64,000 bases of DNA from a bacterium (GTDB lineage: Bacteria > Krumholzibacteriota > Krumholzibacteriia > LZORAL124-64-63): assembly GCA_031441465.1 (NCBI GenBank), contig JANOEP010000024.1, forward strand, positions 12,546-76,545, given 5' to 3'. The notes beneath the pieces were generated by a model. The model saw only the letters and a program-made list of their open reading frames with translations, was not told the origin of the DNA and made no database searches. Shown here one piece after another: positions 49,202 to 62,177 of this stretch. The translations under genes were made by a program, and so were the position numbers. The number at the start of each line of letters is the position of its first letter. The stretch's first letter is position 1.

Positions 49202-51598
49202 TCAAGCCAGCCGGATGACGGTCCGGCCCTGCCCTCCCTGGTCGGCGGGAGCATCCTGGAAGCCGGCGATGCGGGGATCCCGGGTCAGCCGCTCCAGCAG
49301 GTAGGCGCGCAAGCGCCCGGTCCCGAAGCCGTGGATGACGCCGATTTCCATGGTTCCGGCCGGGATCGCCCGGTCGATGAGGCGGTCCAGCGCCTCCCAC
49401 CCCTCTTCGGCCCGGAACCCGCGCAGGTCGAGTTCGGTCGAGCCGGTGAACCCGTTGGCCGCCGTAGGGTGGGGCGCGGCCGGCGACGACGTCGCGCTCC
49501 CGGTCTCGTCGCCGGCCGCGGCCGCGACCGCACCGGCGGGCAGGGACAGGCGCAACCCCCCGGCGAGCACCACCAACCGGCCGGCGCGAACCTCGACGAC
49601 CCGGCCGTCGAGGCCGAGGTGGGGCACGCGCACGCGGTCCCCCACGGCGGGGGTCAAGGCGGGAGCGCGCAGCGCCTCGGGCGGCAGTCGGGATCCCAGG
49701 CCGGCCAACTCGTCGCGGGCGTCGCGGATGGTGCGGGTCCGGGGCCCCTCGCCGCGCAGCTCGCGCACCAGGCGTTCGAGGGTCCGGCGCGCCTCGTCCA
49801 GGAACTCCTCGCCCGCACGACGGGCCGCCGCCACGGCCTCGGCCCGCTCGCGGTCGATGCCGGCGAGTCGGATCGCCAGGGCCTCGTGCTCGCGCTGGGA
49901 CGCTGCGGACAGGAGGTGGGCCTCGTGCTGCCGCTGTTCCAGGTCGCGGGCGCGGGTGCCCAGTTCGGTGAGCAGGTGCTCGATCCGGAACCGGTCCTCA
50001 CCGACACGCGCGCGTGCGCGTTCCACTAGGCCGTCGGGGAAGTCCAACCGCGAGGCGATGGCGAAGGCGTGGCTCGCCCCGGGCACGCCGGCCCGCAGGG
50101 TGTACAGCGGCTGCAGGTTCTCCTCGTCGAAGTCCATCGCCGCGTTCGCCATCAGCGGATGGTCGGCGACGGCGGCCTTCAGCAGACCGGAGTGCGTGGT
50201 GGCGAGCACGAGCGCGCCGCGGTCGGCGAGCGCCTCGAGCACGGTGAACGCCAGGGCCGTGCCCTCGTCGGGATCGGTCCCGCTGCCGATCTCGTCGCAG
50301 AGGACCAGGGACTCCCCGCCGGCGCGAGCCAGGAATCCCGCGAGGTGGGACAGGTGCGCCGAGAAGCTGCTGAGCGAGCGGGCGATGGACTGGTCGTCGC
50401 CGAGGTCGACGTCGAGGCGACCCAGCAGCGGCAGCCGCGTGTCCTCGCGGGCCGGCACGTCCCAGCCGCACTGCGCCAGCAGGCACAGCAGGCCCGCGCA
50501 CTTCAACGCCACCGACTTGCCGCCGGCGTTGGGGCCGCTGATCACCAGGATGCGCGCGCCGAGGGGCATGATCAGGTCCAGGGGCACGACGTCCGTGCCT
50601 TCGCGGTCCAGCAGCAGCGGGTGACGACCGGCGCGGATGTCCAGGACGCCGCCCGCGGCCAGCGCGGGGCGCGCGCCCCGCACCGCGCGGCTCCACAGCA
50701 GTGCGGCCCGGGTTTCGTCCACGCGCAGGGCGAGTTCGCAGGCCTCGCGCAGCGCGGGCGTCGCCGCCTCCGCCGCGCGGTTCAGCTCCAGCAGGATGCG
50801 CTCGGCTTCGGCCGCGGCGGCCAGCCGGGTTTCGATCAGGTCGTTCTGGAGCGCGACGGCGGCGGCGGGTTCGATGAACAGGGTGCCGCCCGTCGCCGAG
50901 CGGTCGTGCACGATGCCCTCGACCAGGCGTTTCGAACCCGAGCGGACCGGCAGGCACAGGCGGTCGCCGCGCAGCGTGACCTCGGTGCCGGTCGTCCAGC
51001 CGCGCTCGCGCGCGTCGGACATCGCGCGCTGCACGGACGCACGGGCCTGCCGCTCCTGATCGCGCGCCTCCCGGCGCAGGCGCCCCAGCCGGGGCGACGC
51101 CTCGTCGCGGACGCTGCCGTCCCGCTCCAGGGCGCGGGCCACCGCGCCGGCCAGGCCGGAGAGCGGCTGCAGGCAACGGGCGGCCCCGCACCAGCGGGGG
51201 TGATCCCGCTCGCGGCCGACCAGGTCGTCGCGCAGCCGCTCGAGATCGACGGCCGTCGACGCGAGGTGGACCAGTTCCGCTCCCGCCAGCCTCAGCGGCC
51301 GCGGGCGGTCCAGCAGGTCGAGGGCGTCGCTGATCTCGACCAGGGGCGGCCACTCTCCGCGCTCACCGCGCGGGCGCAGCTCGTCGGCCAGTTCGCGTCC
51401 CAGCAGGATCGGCTCCAGCCGCGCAAAGGGGCGGCGTGCGGCGAGACGGGCCGCGGCGCGGCGCGACCGGGCGTGACGGGCGACCTGTGCGGCGATGCGG
51501 TGCCACTCCAACAGCCGCAGCGCGCGCCGGTGCTCGGGGTCGTCGGGCAGCGCGGCCGCGCTCTCCCACCGCGCCAGTTCTTCCAGCAGCGGGATCAA
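49202..51598 (-). CDS. mutS2: MutS2 family protein (ATPase plus Smr domain)
   Basis: GIVHDRSATGGTLFIEP, GPNAGGKS, DDQSI..SLSSFSAH, DEIGSGTDP.EG, TTH, Smr LDLRG...IHGFGTG. Confidence 0.95.
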   Translation of the reverse strand: MIPLLEELARWESAAALPDDPEHRRALRLLEWHRIAAQVARHARSRRAAARLAARRPFARLEPILLGRELADELRPRGERGEWPPLVEISDALDLLDRPRPLRLAGAELVHLASTAVDLERLRDDLVGRERDHPRWCGAARCLQPLSGLAGAVARALERDGSVRDEASPRLGRLRREARDQERQARASVQRAMSDARERGWTTGTEVTLRGDRLCLPVRSGSKRLVEGIVHDRSATGGTLFIEPAAAVALQNDLIETRLAAAAEAERILLELNRAAEAATPALREACELALRVDETRAALLWSRAVRGARPALAAGGVLDIRAGRHPLLLDREGTDVVPLDLIMPLGARILVISGPNAGGKSVALKCAGLLCLLAQCGWDVPAREDTRLPLLGRLDVDLGDDQSIARSLSSFSAHLSHLAGFLARAGGESLVLCDEIGSGTDPDEGTALAFTVLEALADRGALVLATTHSGLLKAAVADHPLMANAAMDFDEENLQPLYTLRAGVPGASHAFAIASRLDFPDGLVERARARVGEDRFRIEHLLTELGTRARDLEQRQHEAHLLSAASQREHEALAIRLAGIDRERAEAVAAARRAGEEFLDEARRTLERLVRELRGEGPRTRTIRDARDELAGLGSRLPPEALRAPALTPAVGDRVRVPHLGLDGRVVEVRAGRLVVLAGGLRLSLPAGAVAAAAGDETGSATSSPAAPHPTAANGFTGSTELDLRGFRAEEGWEALDRLIDRAIPAGTMEIGVIHGFGTGRLRAYLLERLTRDPRIAGFQDAPADQGGQGRTVIRLA

Positions 51599-51602
51599 GC
51601 GG

Positions 51603-52244
51603 TCACTTCCCGACCGGAGCGGGGACGACGCGGAGCGTGTCGGCGTCGGATTTGCCGATCCCGACGGCGGATTTGCCGGCCTCGACGGCGGACTTGCCGG
51701 CTTCGACCGCCGCGGCCGGCAGATCGGCGGCGGCGTCCCTGGCGTGGCGCCAGAGGTCGCCGGCGTCCTGCTCGTCCACGACGGACCGGAAGATGACGGG
51801 CGCGGCCCCGTAGGCGAAACGCGCCACGGTCTGGGACTGGATGCGCGCGCACCAGGCGCCGCCGCGATCGAGGCGGCAGACGAGCATCAGCACGACGCTG
51901 ACGATCAGCAGCCCGGCGAGCAGGCCGCCGAGCAGGCCGCCCGCGCGGTCGAGCCAACCCAGGGCCGACGCGTTCAGGGACTTGCCGACGAGCCAGGCCA
52001 GCAACCGCGAGACGATCAGGATGACCACGAAGATCAGCAACCAGCCGGCCAGCGGCGCCACGGTCCCGCCGACGCCGGCGACCCGGTGCAGCCAGGCGCC
52101 CGCCTCCCGCCACTGCGCGGCGGCGATCAGCACCGCGGCAAAGAGTCCGACGAGTTCCAGCAACCGGCGCACCAGCCCCGCCCGCCAGCCCCCGGCTGCG
52201 AAGAGAGCCACGACCGCCACGACCGCCACCGAGATCCAGGGCAT
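51603..52244 (-). CDS. CvpA family membrane protein
   Basis: Four TM segments; GWRAGLVR..L, LGWLDRAGGLLGG; typical position upstream of mutS2. Confidence 0.85.
   Translation of the reverse strand: MPWISVAVVAVVALFAAGGWRAGLVRRLLELVGLFAAVLIAAAQWREAGAWLHRVAGVGGTVAPLAGWLLIFVVILIVSRLLAWLVGKSLNASALGWLDRAGGLLGGLLAGLLIVSVVLMLVCRLDRGGAWCARIQSQTVARFAYGAAPVIFRSVVDEQDAGDLWRHARDAAADLPAAAVEAGKSAVEAGKSAVGIGKSDADTLRVVPAPVGK
51647..51709. repeat. Three imperfect 21-nt tandem repeats in the CvpA tail
   Basis: CGGATTTGCCGATCCCGACGG / CGGATTTGCCGGCCTCGACGG / CGGACTTGCCGGCTTCGACCG, encoding AVEAGKS-AVEAGKS-AVGIGKS. Confidence 0.85.
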
Positions 52245-52252
52245 GATCCCTC

Positions 52253-52708
52253 CTACCCTCCGAGCTGCGCCTTGACCGCGGCGCCGACCCGGCTGCCGTC
52301 GGCCTGACCGGCGACGCGGGCCATCGCGACCTTCATGACCTGGCCCATCTCGCGCTGCGAGGTCGCGCCGGTCTCGGCGATGGCCGCGCGCGCGATCTCG
52401 ACCAGGGCCGCGTCGTCCAGTTCCACGGGCAGGAACTCGTTGACGATGACCAGTTCGGCCTGCGCCTGGGCCACCAGCTCCGGACGGCCGGCGGACTCGG
52501 CCCCGGCCAGCTGGTCCTTCACCTTCTTGGCGTAGGAGCGCACGATCTTCACCGCCCCCGCCTCGTCGATCTCCAGGCGGGTATCCACCTCGACCTGCTT
52601 GAACGCGGCCTGCAGCATGCGCAGCACCGCCAGGCGCTCCTTGTTGCGCGCCTTCATGGCCGCGACGGTCTCCAGCTGGAGCCGGGCCGCCAGTTCCGAT
52701 TTCGACAT
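52253..52708 (-). CDS. GatB/YqeY domain protein
   Basis: AMKAR.K.RL..LRML, GRPEL, EFLP, GATSQREMGQVM, ADGSRV...VK. Confidence 0.92.
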   Translation of the reverse strand: MSKSELAARLQLETVAAMKARNKERLAVLRMLQAAFKQVEVDTRLEIDEAGAVKIVRSYAKKVKDQLAGAESAGRPELVAQAQAELVIVNEFLPVELDDAALVEIARAAIAETGATSQREMGQVMKVAMARVAGQADGSRVGAAVKAQLGG

Positions 52709-52758
52709 CGGTCCACCTCGTTCCTCGTTGCGTCCCGCCCCGCGCGGGACCAGGCCGA

Positions 52759-53604
52759 TCATACTCCCGGGACGGGCCCGGCTTCGACGATCATCTCGCG
52801 CACCGCCGCGAGCAGCGCCAGCCCGGCCAGGGCGGCGGTCCCGGTGCGCAGGCGGTGCGGCCCGAGCCGCAGCGTGCGGCCGGCGGCGGCCAGCAGCGCC
52901 AGCTCCGCGTCCTCCCAGCCGCCTTCCGGGCCGACGCACCAGACGAGATCCCCGGCGTCCCGCAGCTCGGCGGTGCGGGCGGCGCCGAGCGACAGCAGGG
53001 ACGCAGGGCCGCACCGGCCGTCCCCGTCGTCGCGCCAGGCGCGGGCGCGGTCGCGCGCCGCACCGGTGAAGAACAGGGCCCCGGGGCGGCCCGCGACCAG
53101 GGCTGCGGGCGACACCGGCTCGGTGAGGTCGGGCGTCCAACTGCGACCGGATTGCTTGCCGGCGCCGCGCAACAGCGAACACCAGCGGTCGCGACGCCCT
53201 TCGCCGGGCCAGACCTCGCCGCGCGCGGTCAGCAGGGGCACGATCTCGTGCGCGCCCAGCTCGACCGCCTGCTCGAGCGTGGTTTCGAAGCGCTTGCCCT
53301 TGGTGACGCCGCAAGCCAGCACCAGACGCGGCCGCGCCAGTTCGAATCCGTCCCGGTGCGACCCGCGCACCAGCACACGGGCGCCGCGCGCCCTGGTGCC
53401 TGCGGATTCGCCGCCGGCGGATTCGGCGCCGGCGTACTCGGCCAGCACGACGCCGGCGCGCCCGTCGACCAGACGCAACGGGTCGCCCGTCCGCGCGCGC
53501 ATCACGTGCAGCAGGTGGTGGCTCTCCTCGGCGCCGAGGCGGAACTCGTCACCGGGGCCGGGCAGGGGCGCGCCCGCGGGCAGCTCGAGATGGTAGGTAT
53601 GCAA
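52759..53604 (-). CDS. rsmE: 16S rRNA m3U1498 methyltransferase
   Basis: HHLLHVMR, KGKRFE..LEQAVELG, KQSGR, VGPEGG, LGPHRLRTGTA. Confidence 0.92.
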   Translation of the reverse strand: MHTYHLELPAGAPLPGPGDEFRLGAEESHHLLHVMRARTGDPLRLVDGRAGVVLAEYAGAESAGGESAGTRARGARVLVRGSHRDGFELARPRLVLACGVTKGKRFETTLEQAVELGAHEIVPLLTARGEVWPGEGRRDRWCSLLRGAGKQSGRSWTPDLTEPVSPAALVAGRPGALFFTGAARDRARAWRDDGDGRCGPASLLSLGAARTAELRDAGDLVWCVGPEGGWEDAELALLAAAGRTLRLGPHRLRTGTAALAGLALLAAVREMIVEAGPVPGV

Positions 53605-53631
53605 GCGACCCTCCTGGCGGCACGGCGGCGG

Positions 53632-54759
<1,128 letters not shown>

Positions 54760-54775
54760 CCCGAGCGCCTTTCGT

Positions 54776-55354
54776 TCAGCGAGCCACCACGACGCGGCAG
54801 GGCCGCAGCACCAGGTCGCCGAGCCGGTAACCGGCCTGCGCCACCTCCAGGACGGAGCCGGACTCGGCGCCGTCCCCTTCCATCTGCATCACGGCCTCGT
54901 GGATCCCCGGATCGAACGGGTCGCCCTTCGCCGTCGGGATGGGCACGAGCCCGCGCGCGCCGAGGATCTCGCGCAACCGGCCGTGGATCAGGCCGACCCC
55001 GCTGCGGATGGCCTCGGCGTCGCCGGTCGTGGCCGCGGCGGCGGCCCCGGTCGCCCGCTCGAAGTTGTCCAGCACGTCGAGCAGGTCGCGCAAGACATCC
55101 GCCACCGCGAAGGTCTGGGCCTCGGCGATCTCGCGGCGGGCGCGCTTGCGCACGTTTTCCAGCTCGGCGTGTGCGCGCAGCCACTTGTCCTTGTAATCGT
55201 CGCGCTCGCGCGCGAGTTCGGCCAGGGCGTCCGCGCCGGCGTCCGTCGTGTCGTCGGCGCCCTCGCCAGGGAGTTCGGCGCCGGCCGCACCGGTCTCCGG
55301 GGAGGCGGGCTCGCCGCCGTCCGGCGTCGGCAGATCCTGTTCGGTCATGTCCAT
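54776..55354 (-). CDS. grpE: Nucleotide exchange factor GrpE
   Basis: LRAHAELENVRKR, DNFERA, FDPGIHEA, QAGY..RPCRVVV. Confidence 0.96.
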   Translation of the reverse strand: MDMTEQDLPTPDGGEPASPETGAAGAELPGEGADDTTDAGADALAELARERDDYKDKWLRAHAELENVRKRARREIAEAQTFAVADVLRDLLDVLDNFERATGAAAAATTGDAEAIRSGVGLIHGRLREILGARGLVPIPTAKGDPFDPGIHEAVMQMEGDGAESGSVLEVAQAGYRLGDLVLRPCRVVVAR

Positions 55355-56400
55355 CCTTCCTGTCCGCGTGGCAGTTGCTTGAGGCCCTGGATCAGGACCT
55401 GCATCCCGGCGATGGTGCGGTCGTAGGACATCCGGCGCAAGCCGAGCACCGCCAGCACGCCCCGCCGCTCCCCCAGCAGGAAGGGCGAAGAAACCAGGCT
55501 GAAGGCCTGCAGCTCACCGATCGGATTCTCCGACCCGATCCAGATCGCGATGCCCTCCTCGTTCTCCGGGCTGAGCCGCCGCAGCGCGGAGCGGATCTCG
55601 CGCGGCGACTCCAGGAACTTCACCAGTTGCTTGAGCTGGCCCGGGTCGGAGAACTCGGGCTCGTCCAGGACATTGGCCACGCCCATCAGCTCGAGATCGG
55701 CGGCTTCCACATCGTCGAAGAGCGACGCGCCGTTGCGCGCGACGTCGCGGGCGATCCTGCCGGCGTCGCTGTCGTCGGTTTCGAGCGACGCGAGCACGCC
55801 GTGGCGGATCTCGTCGATGGTGCGGCCGCTGATGCGTTCGCTCAGGATGCGCGCGGCGTCGTCGAGCGCCTCGGGCGTGACGTCGAGGTCCACGGCGAAG
55901 GTGCCGGTCCGCACCAGCGCGTTGTCCAGGACCAGCACCATCAGGACGCGCCGGTTCTCCTTCGGGTAGAGATCCAGCCGCCGGGCGCGCACCTCGTCCC
56001 AGGCCGGCCCCAGGATGATCCCGATGTTGTCGGTCAGGCGGCACAGCAACGCCGCGAGGGCCTTGACCATCGCGTGCGTGCCGCGGGAGCGCTCGAGTTC
56101 CCGATCCACCAGGGACTGCAGGCTGCGGCCGGCGGTGGCCTCGCCCGGCGCCGCCACCAGCAGCCGGTTCACGAAAGCCCGGAACCCGGCGTCGGTGGGG
56201 ACGCGACCCGCCGAGACGTGGGGCTTGGCGAGCAAACCGTCCCGCTCGAGCCGGCCCATGTCGCCGCGCACCGTCGCGGAACTCACCGAACTGCCGAGCC
56301 ACTGGACCACCAGGGCGGAACTCACCGGCTGGCCGGTGCGGCTGTACAGCCGCACGACGGCTTCCAGGACCGTGGCGAGTCTGGCGTCCCCGTTGATCAT
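55345..56400 (-). CDS. hrcA: Heat-inducible transcription repressor HrcA
   Basis: GQPVSS, SSATVRGDM..LE, PHVSAGRVPTDAGFR, EPEF, IGSEN, GLRRMSY. Confidence 0.95.
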   Translation of the reverse strand: MINGDARLATVLEAVVRLYSRTGQPVSSALVVQWLGSSVSSATVRGDMGRLERDGLLAKPHVSAGRVPTDAGFRAFVNRLLVAAPGEATAGRSLQSLVDRELERSRGTHAMVKALAALLCRLTDNIGIILGPAWDEVRARRLDLYPKENRRVLMVLVLDNALVRTGTFAVDLDVTPEALDDAARILSERISGRTIDEIRHGVLASLETDDSDAGRIARDVARNGASLFDDVEAADLELMGVANVLDEPEFSDPGQLKQLVKFLESPREIRSALRRLSPENEEGIAIWIGSENPIGELQAFSLVSSPFLLGERRGVLAVLGLRRMSYDRTIAGMQVLIQGLKQLPRGQEGWT

Positions 56401-57677
56401 TCTGCTCCTCCCGCCGCGCACGTTCCCGTCTCGACATCACAAGTTAGTCCGAACGATTTCGGGGTGTCAACCCGGGCGCCGTCCGCTGGACGGCCGCCGG
56501 TCGAGTCCCCACCGGTCAAGCCGGCGAACAACACCTCGACGTCGTCGATCCTCAGGCGACCCCGCGCGGTCAGGGCCAGACGCCCGCGCGCGCGCCGCCA
56601 CAAGCCGTCGGCCTCGCCGCGCGCCAGGACGGCTTCGTTCGCCGGCAGGTCGCGCAGGGGCGCTCCGGCGGCCGTGCGCAACGGCAGGAACATGCGTTCG
56701 AGGCGGCGGGCCGCGGGATCGAGACGATCGACCCGGGCCTCGGGCAAGCGGCCCGCCTCCGCTTCGGCGACGTAACGCGTCAGGTCGGCGAGGTTGGCGT
56801 AGCGTCGATTCCCGGCGAAGCCGTGGGCCCCGGGCCCCAGCCCGAGGTAGGGCGCCCGACGCCAGTAGGCGGCGTTGTGGCGCGACCTCTGGCCTGGCAG
56901 GCAGAAGTTGGAGATCTCGTACTGGTCGTACCCCAGGCGCGCCAGATCCTCGCAGGCGCCCAGGTACAGGGACTCGACCTCGGCGTCGCGGGGACGGGGC
57001 AGCCGGCCGGCGGCGACCGCCGCCGCCAGGGGCGTGCCCGCGTGCAGTTCGAGGATGTAGAACGAGACGTGGCCCACGCCGAGGTCGCGGGCCTCGGCGA
57101 ACTCGCGCGCGAGCCGGTCGCGGCGGCAGCCCGGCGCCAGGATCCAGTCGGCGCTGACGCGGGGGAATCGCGCCACGGCCAGGCGCAGGGCGGCGCGGGC
57201 GCGGTCGGGTTCGCAGCGGCGGCCGAGCAGGCGCAGCACGTCCGGGTCGAGGCTCTGCACGCCCAGGCTGATGCGGCCGACGCCCGCCTCCCGCCAGGCA
57301 TCGGCGCGGCCTTCGTCGAAACTTTCGGGATTCGCTTCGGCCGTCACCTCGGGCCGCGGTGCGCGGGCCAGGCGACCCCAGGTGCCCTGGAGCAGGCGGA
57401 TGAAGAGGTCTGGCTCCAGGACCGAGGGCGTGCCGCCGCCGACGTAGCAGGTCTGCGCCGGCCGCCGCCCGTCGCGCAGCGTCGAGCAAACGGCGCGGCG
57501 CAGGTCGAACTCGGCGAGTACGGCCTCGACCAGGCGCCGGCGGGACGCGCCGTCGTGGTGGTCGGTGCGGGGGAAGTGGCAGTAGGAGCAGAGGGACGCG
57601 CAGAAGGGCACATGGATGTAGACACCGCCGCCCGGGCGGCGCCGAGGCGGCGGTCGCTGCGCAGACACGGCGGTCAC
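56397..57677 (-). CDS. hemW: Radical SAM heme chaperone HemW (HemN-like)
   Basis: YIHVPFCASLCSYCHF, GGGTPS, EANP, RISLGVQS, YEISNF, SRHN..YW; lepA/hrcA context. Confidence 0.92.
   Translation of the reverse strand: MTAVSAQRPPPRRRPGGGVYIHVPFCASLCSYCHFPRTDHHDGASRRRLVEAVLAEFDLRRAVCSTLRDGRRPAQTCYVGGGTPSVLEPDLFIRLLQGTWGRLARAPRPEVTAEANPESFDEGRADAWREAGVGRISLGVQSLDPDVLRLLGRRCEPDRARAALRLAVARFPRVSADWILAPGCRRDRLAREFAEARDLGVGHVSFYILELHAGTPLAAAVAAGRLPRPRDAEVESLYLGACEDLARLGYDQYEISNFCLPGQRSRHNAAYWRRAPYLGLGPGAHGFAGNRRYANLADLTRYVAEAEAGRLPEARVDRLDPAARRLERMFLPLRTAAGAPLRDLPANEAVLARGEADGLWRRARGRLALTARGRLRIDDVEVLFAGLTGGDSTGGRPADGARVDTPKSFGLTCDVETGTCAAGGAE
56441..56470 (-). promoter_or_regulatory. Sigma70-type promoter for hrcA-grpE-dnaJ, inside the hemW 3' end
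   Basis: TTGACA-18 nt-TAACTT about 40 nt upstream of the hrcA ATG. Confidence 0.65.
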
Positions 57678-58681
57678 CGGATCAGGTCGCCGATCCGGGA
57701 CAGGCGCGGCAGGAAGCGCTGCGCGTCCCAGGACCAGTAGATGAAGATCGCCTTGCCCTTGACCAGTTCCTGGTCGAGCGGTCCCCAGCCGCGGCTGTCG
57801 TAGCTGTTGTCGCGGTTGTCGCCCATCATGAAGATCGTCCCGGACGGCACCACGAACGGCGCGGCCGCGGCGGTCGCGGCGGCGTGCACCGCGCTCATGT
57901 GGCGGCTCATCTCCATGACGGTCAGGGATTGGCGGCCGTCGACGTGAGCGCGCAGGGGCTCGAGGTCGGCGGCCAGCGCGGCCGGATCGAGCCCGGTGCC
58001 GGCGGCGACAGCGGCCTCGACCATCTCGACGAAACGGCGCGGCGTGAGGCCCTCGGTGCGCAGCGCCTCGGCCAAACCGTACTCGCGCCCGAACGCCCGC
58101 CCGCCCGCGGCCGGGTCGTGCAGGGTGTGGGGCGGGTTGCGCGCCCCGGCGGACTGCATCTGGGTCACGCGGCCGGGATGGTCGAGCGCATCCTCGTACA
58201 ACTCGCTGTTAACGCGCAGCAGGCCCTGCCGCACCTCGACGCGGTCGCCGGCGACGGCGACGCAGCGCTTGATGTAGTCCTGCGTGCGGTCCTTGGGGAA
58301 CTCGAACACGATGATGTCGCCGCGGCGCGGCGCCCGCAACGCCGGCAGCTTCAGCACGGGCAGGTCGTCCGCGAGCGTCCAGTTCACCAGGGGGATGCGG
58401 ATGCGCTCGGGCGTCTTCGCGCCGTAGAGGTACTTGTTCACGAACAGGAAATCCCCCACCAGCAACGTGTTGACCATCGAGGGCGAAGGGATCCGGAACG
58501 CCTGGATCACGAACTGGCGGATCACCAGCGCCACCAGAACGGCCGTGCCGATCGGCTTGACGTAGTCCGCCCACAGGCGCCGGCGGAACCCCGTGCGCGC
58601 CGGCCCGCGTTCTTGCGCCGACCCGCGTTCTCGTGCCGACCCCCGCCCCCGCGCCCCCTGCTGCCTATTGCGACCGAACAT
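57674..58681 (-). CDS. lepB: Signal peptidase I
   Basis: FRIPSPSM..TLLVGD (Ser), RGDIIVF, DYIKR (Lys), GDNRDNSYDSR. Confidence 0.95.
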   Translation of the reverse strand: MFGRNRQQGARGRGSARERGSAQERGPARTGFRRRLWADYVKPIGTAVLVALVIRQFVIQAFRIPSPSMVNTLLVGDFLFVNKYLYGAKTPERIRIPLVNWTLADDLPVLKLPALRAPRRGDIIVFEFPKDRTQDYIKRCVAVAGDRVEVRQGLLRVNSELYEDALDHPGRVTQMQSAGARNPPHTLHDPAAGGRAFGREYGLAEALRTEGLTPRRFVEMVEAAVAAGTGLDPAALAADLEPLRAHVDGRQSLTVMEMSRHMSAVHAAATAAAAPFVVPSGTIFMMGDNRDNSYDSRGWGPLDQELVKGKAIFIYWSWDAQRFLPRLSRIGDLIR

Positions 58682-58738
58682 CGTGGCGATCCTTCCTCTG
58701 TGCGGGCCGAGGCCCGGTTCGTGCCTCAACGGTCCCGG

Positions 58739-60538
<1,800 letters not shown>

Positions 60539-60560
60539 CGTCGCATCCCGGTTCGTCGTG

Positions 60561-61166
60561 TCAAAACGTGGCGGACCAGCCCAGGGCGGCGGCTCCGGCC
60601 GGTCGGCCCGCAGCGGGCAACTCGATCGGCTGGAGGACGTCGCCGGGATCCCAGTCCGACGGAACCGGCACCGGGTCGTGTTCGAACCGGTGCAGGTGGG
60701 CGCCGACGTAGGCGTCGAGCGCCATGATGAACATCGCTCCGGCCGACCACCAGGCGTTGTCGCGGGCCAGCTCGCGGTACTCCTCGGCCTGCGCCCAGTA
60801 GAAGTCCCGGACCGTGGCGTTCCCGGTCGCGTCCCGCCAGTCCAGCAGGCGCTCGGCCTTGCGATCGTACATCAGCAGGCGCGTCCAGTAGAACATCTCC
60901 GCGCCGAAGGCCAGCACGCCGCGCCAGCCGTTGTCCGCGTAGAGCTGCCCCCAGCCGGGGAACACGGGCGTCATCAGCGTCGCCAGGGTCGGGCTGACCG
61001 GCGCGGCGAGGCGGAACTCCCGGACCGCGAGCGGTGCGGCGGCCGTCGTCGCGGTGCTGTCGGTCAACGCCGAGGAACTGTCGGCCGTCGCCCTCCCCGC
61101 GTCGGCGCGGCCGGACGCGGTCGCCAGGACCACCGCGGCGATGATCAGGATCGCGCTCGGCCTCAT
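60561..61166 (-). CDS. Exported/membrane protein, DUF5683-like
   Basis: Signal peptide; [10 protein letters not shown] and DAYVGAHL motifs; C-terminal Phe. Confidence 0.7.
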   Translation of the reverse strand: MRPSAILIIAAVVLATASGRADAGRATADSSSALTDSTATTAAAPLAVREFRLAAPVSPTLATLMTPVFPGWGQLYADNGWRGVLAFGAEMFYWTRLLMYDRKAERLLDWRDATGNATVRDFYWAQAEEYRELARDNAWWSAGAMFIMALDAYVGAHLHRFEHDPVPVPSDWDPGDVLQPIELPAAGRPAGAAALGWSATF

Positions 61167-62104
61167 CGCTCCTCCCCGTCCCTTCGTCCCCGCCCGTCTC
61201 CCCGCCCGTCGTGCGGGAGGGTCGGCACGCGGACCCGCACGCCGCGCGGCAGCAGCCGCAGTTCGTGGCGGCCGGCAGGCAGGCGCCCGGGCTCACCGTC
61301 CCAATGCACCGCCGCCGCGGCGTCGAGGCCGACGGTCGCGCCGACGAGCCGACGCATCACGACCCGCGGGTCGGCGACGTGCGTGCCGCGGAGGCCGCGC
61401 GGCAGCAGACGGACCAGATCGCGGCGCCGCATGGCCGGCACGAGGCAGAGGTCGAGCAACCCGTCGCACGGGTCGGCCTGCGGGGTCAGCCGGAAACCGC
61501 CGCCGCAGCGCGGGCCGTTGCCGATCTCGGCCAGCATCCAGTCCCCCTCGAGCACCGGCACGCCGGCCGCTCCGCGCAGTTCCCAGCGGACGCGGGCGGG
61601 GCGGCAACGCCCCAGCGGTCCCACGGTCGCCAGGGGGTAGCGCAGGCGGCCCCATCTCCGGTCGACGGCGGCCGCCGCCCGCGCCACCTCGCCGTCGAGC
61701 AGCAGGCCGCAGGAATTCACGAACACCCGGCCGGCGAACTCCGCGACGTCGACCGCGACCGTGCGCCCGTCGCGGATCGCGCCCGCGCCCGCGGCCGCGT
61801 CGGCGATGCCCAGGCCGTGGGCGAAGTCGTTGCCGCTGCCGGTCGGCAACACCACCAGGGTGGCGGTCGTTCCGGCCAGGCCGCGCACGGCCTCGCTGAT
61901 CGTGCCGTCGCCCCCGGCGACGGCGACCCAGGCGTGCCGCTGCGCCGCTTGCGAGGCCAGCGAGGTCGCTTCGTGGGCGCGGGCGGTGATCAGGATCTCG
62001 GGTTCGAGGCCCGCTCCGCGCAACAGGGCCGCTGCAGCGGCCGGGTCGAGGCGCCCGCGACGGGGGCCGGCGACGGGGTTGAGGATCAGCGCCGCCGTTT
62101 CCAT
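61163..62104 (-). CDS. Diacylglycerol/lipid kinase family protein (YegS/DgkB-like)
   Basis: ILNPVAG, AGGDGT, PTGSGNDFA, GGG, DGLLD, HWDGE. Confidence 0.92.
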   Translation of the reverse strand: METAALILNPVAGPRRGRLDPAAAAALLRGAGLEPEILITARAHEATSLASQAAQRHAWVAVAGGDGTISEAVRGLAGTTATLVVLPTGSGNDFAHGLGIADAAAGAGAIRDGRTVAVDVAEFAGRVFVNSCGLLLDGEVARAAAAVDRRWGRLRYPLATVGPLGRCRPARVRWELRGAAGVPVLEGDWMLAEIGNGPRCGGGFRLTPQADPCDGLLDLCLVPAMRRRDLVRLLPRGLRGTHVADPRVVMRRLVGATVGLDAAAAVHWDGEPGRLPAGRHELRLLPRGVRVRVPTLPHDGRGDGRGRRDGEER

Positions 62105-62135
62105 GCCTGCTCCGTGAGCCGCGCGGGCAGGCGCG

Positions 62136-62157
62136 AAAAACGCGGCTCGCGCCGCGT
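62136..62157 (-). terminator. Rho-independent terminator after tRNA-Sec
   Basis: ACGCGGC-GCGA-GCCGCGT followed by TTTT. Confidence 0.7.
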
Positions 62158-62177
62158 CGCACGCCCGGTGGCCGGTC

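Noticed and set aside
56400..56520. CIRCE element upstream of hrcA
   Set aside because: No TTAGCACTC-N9-GAGTGCTAA match seen on either strand.
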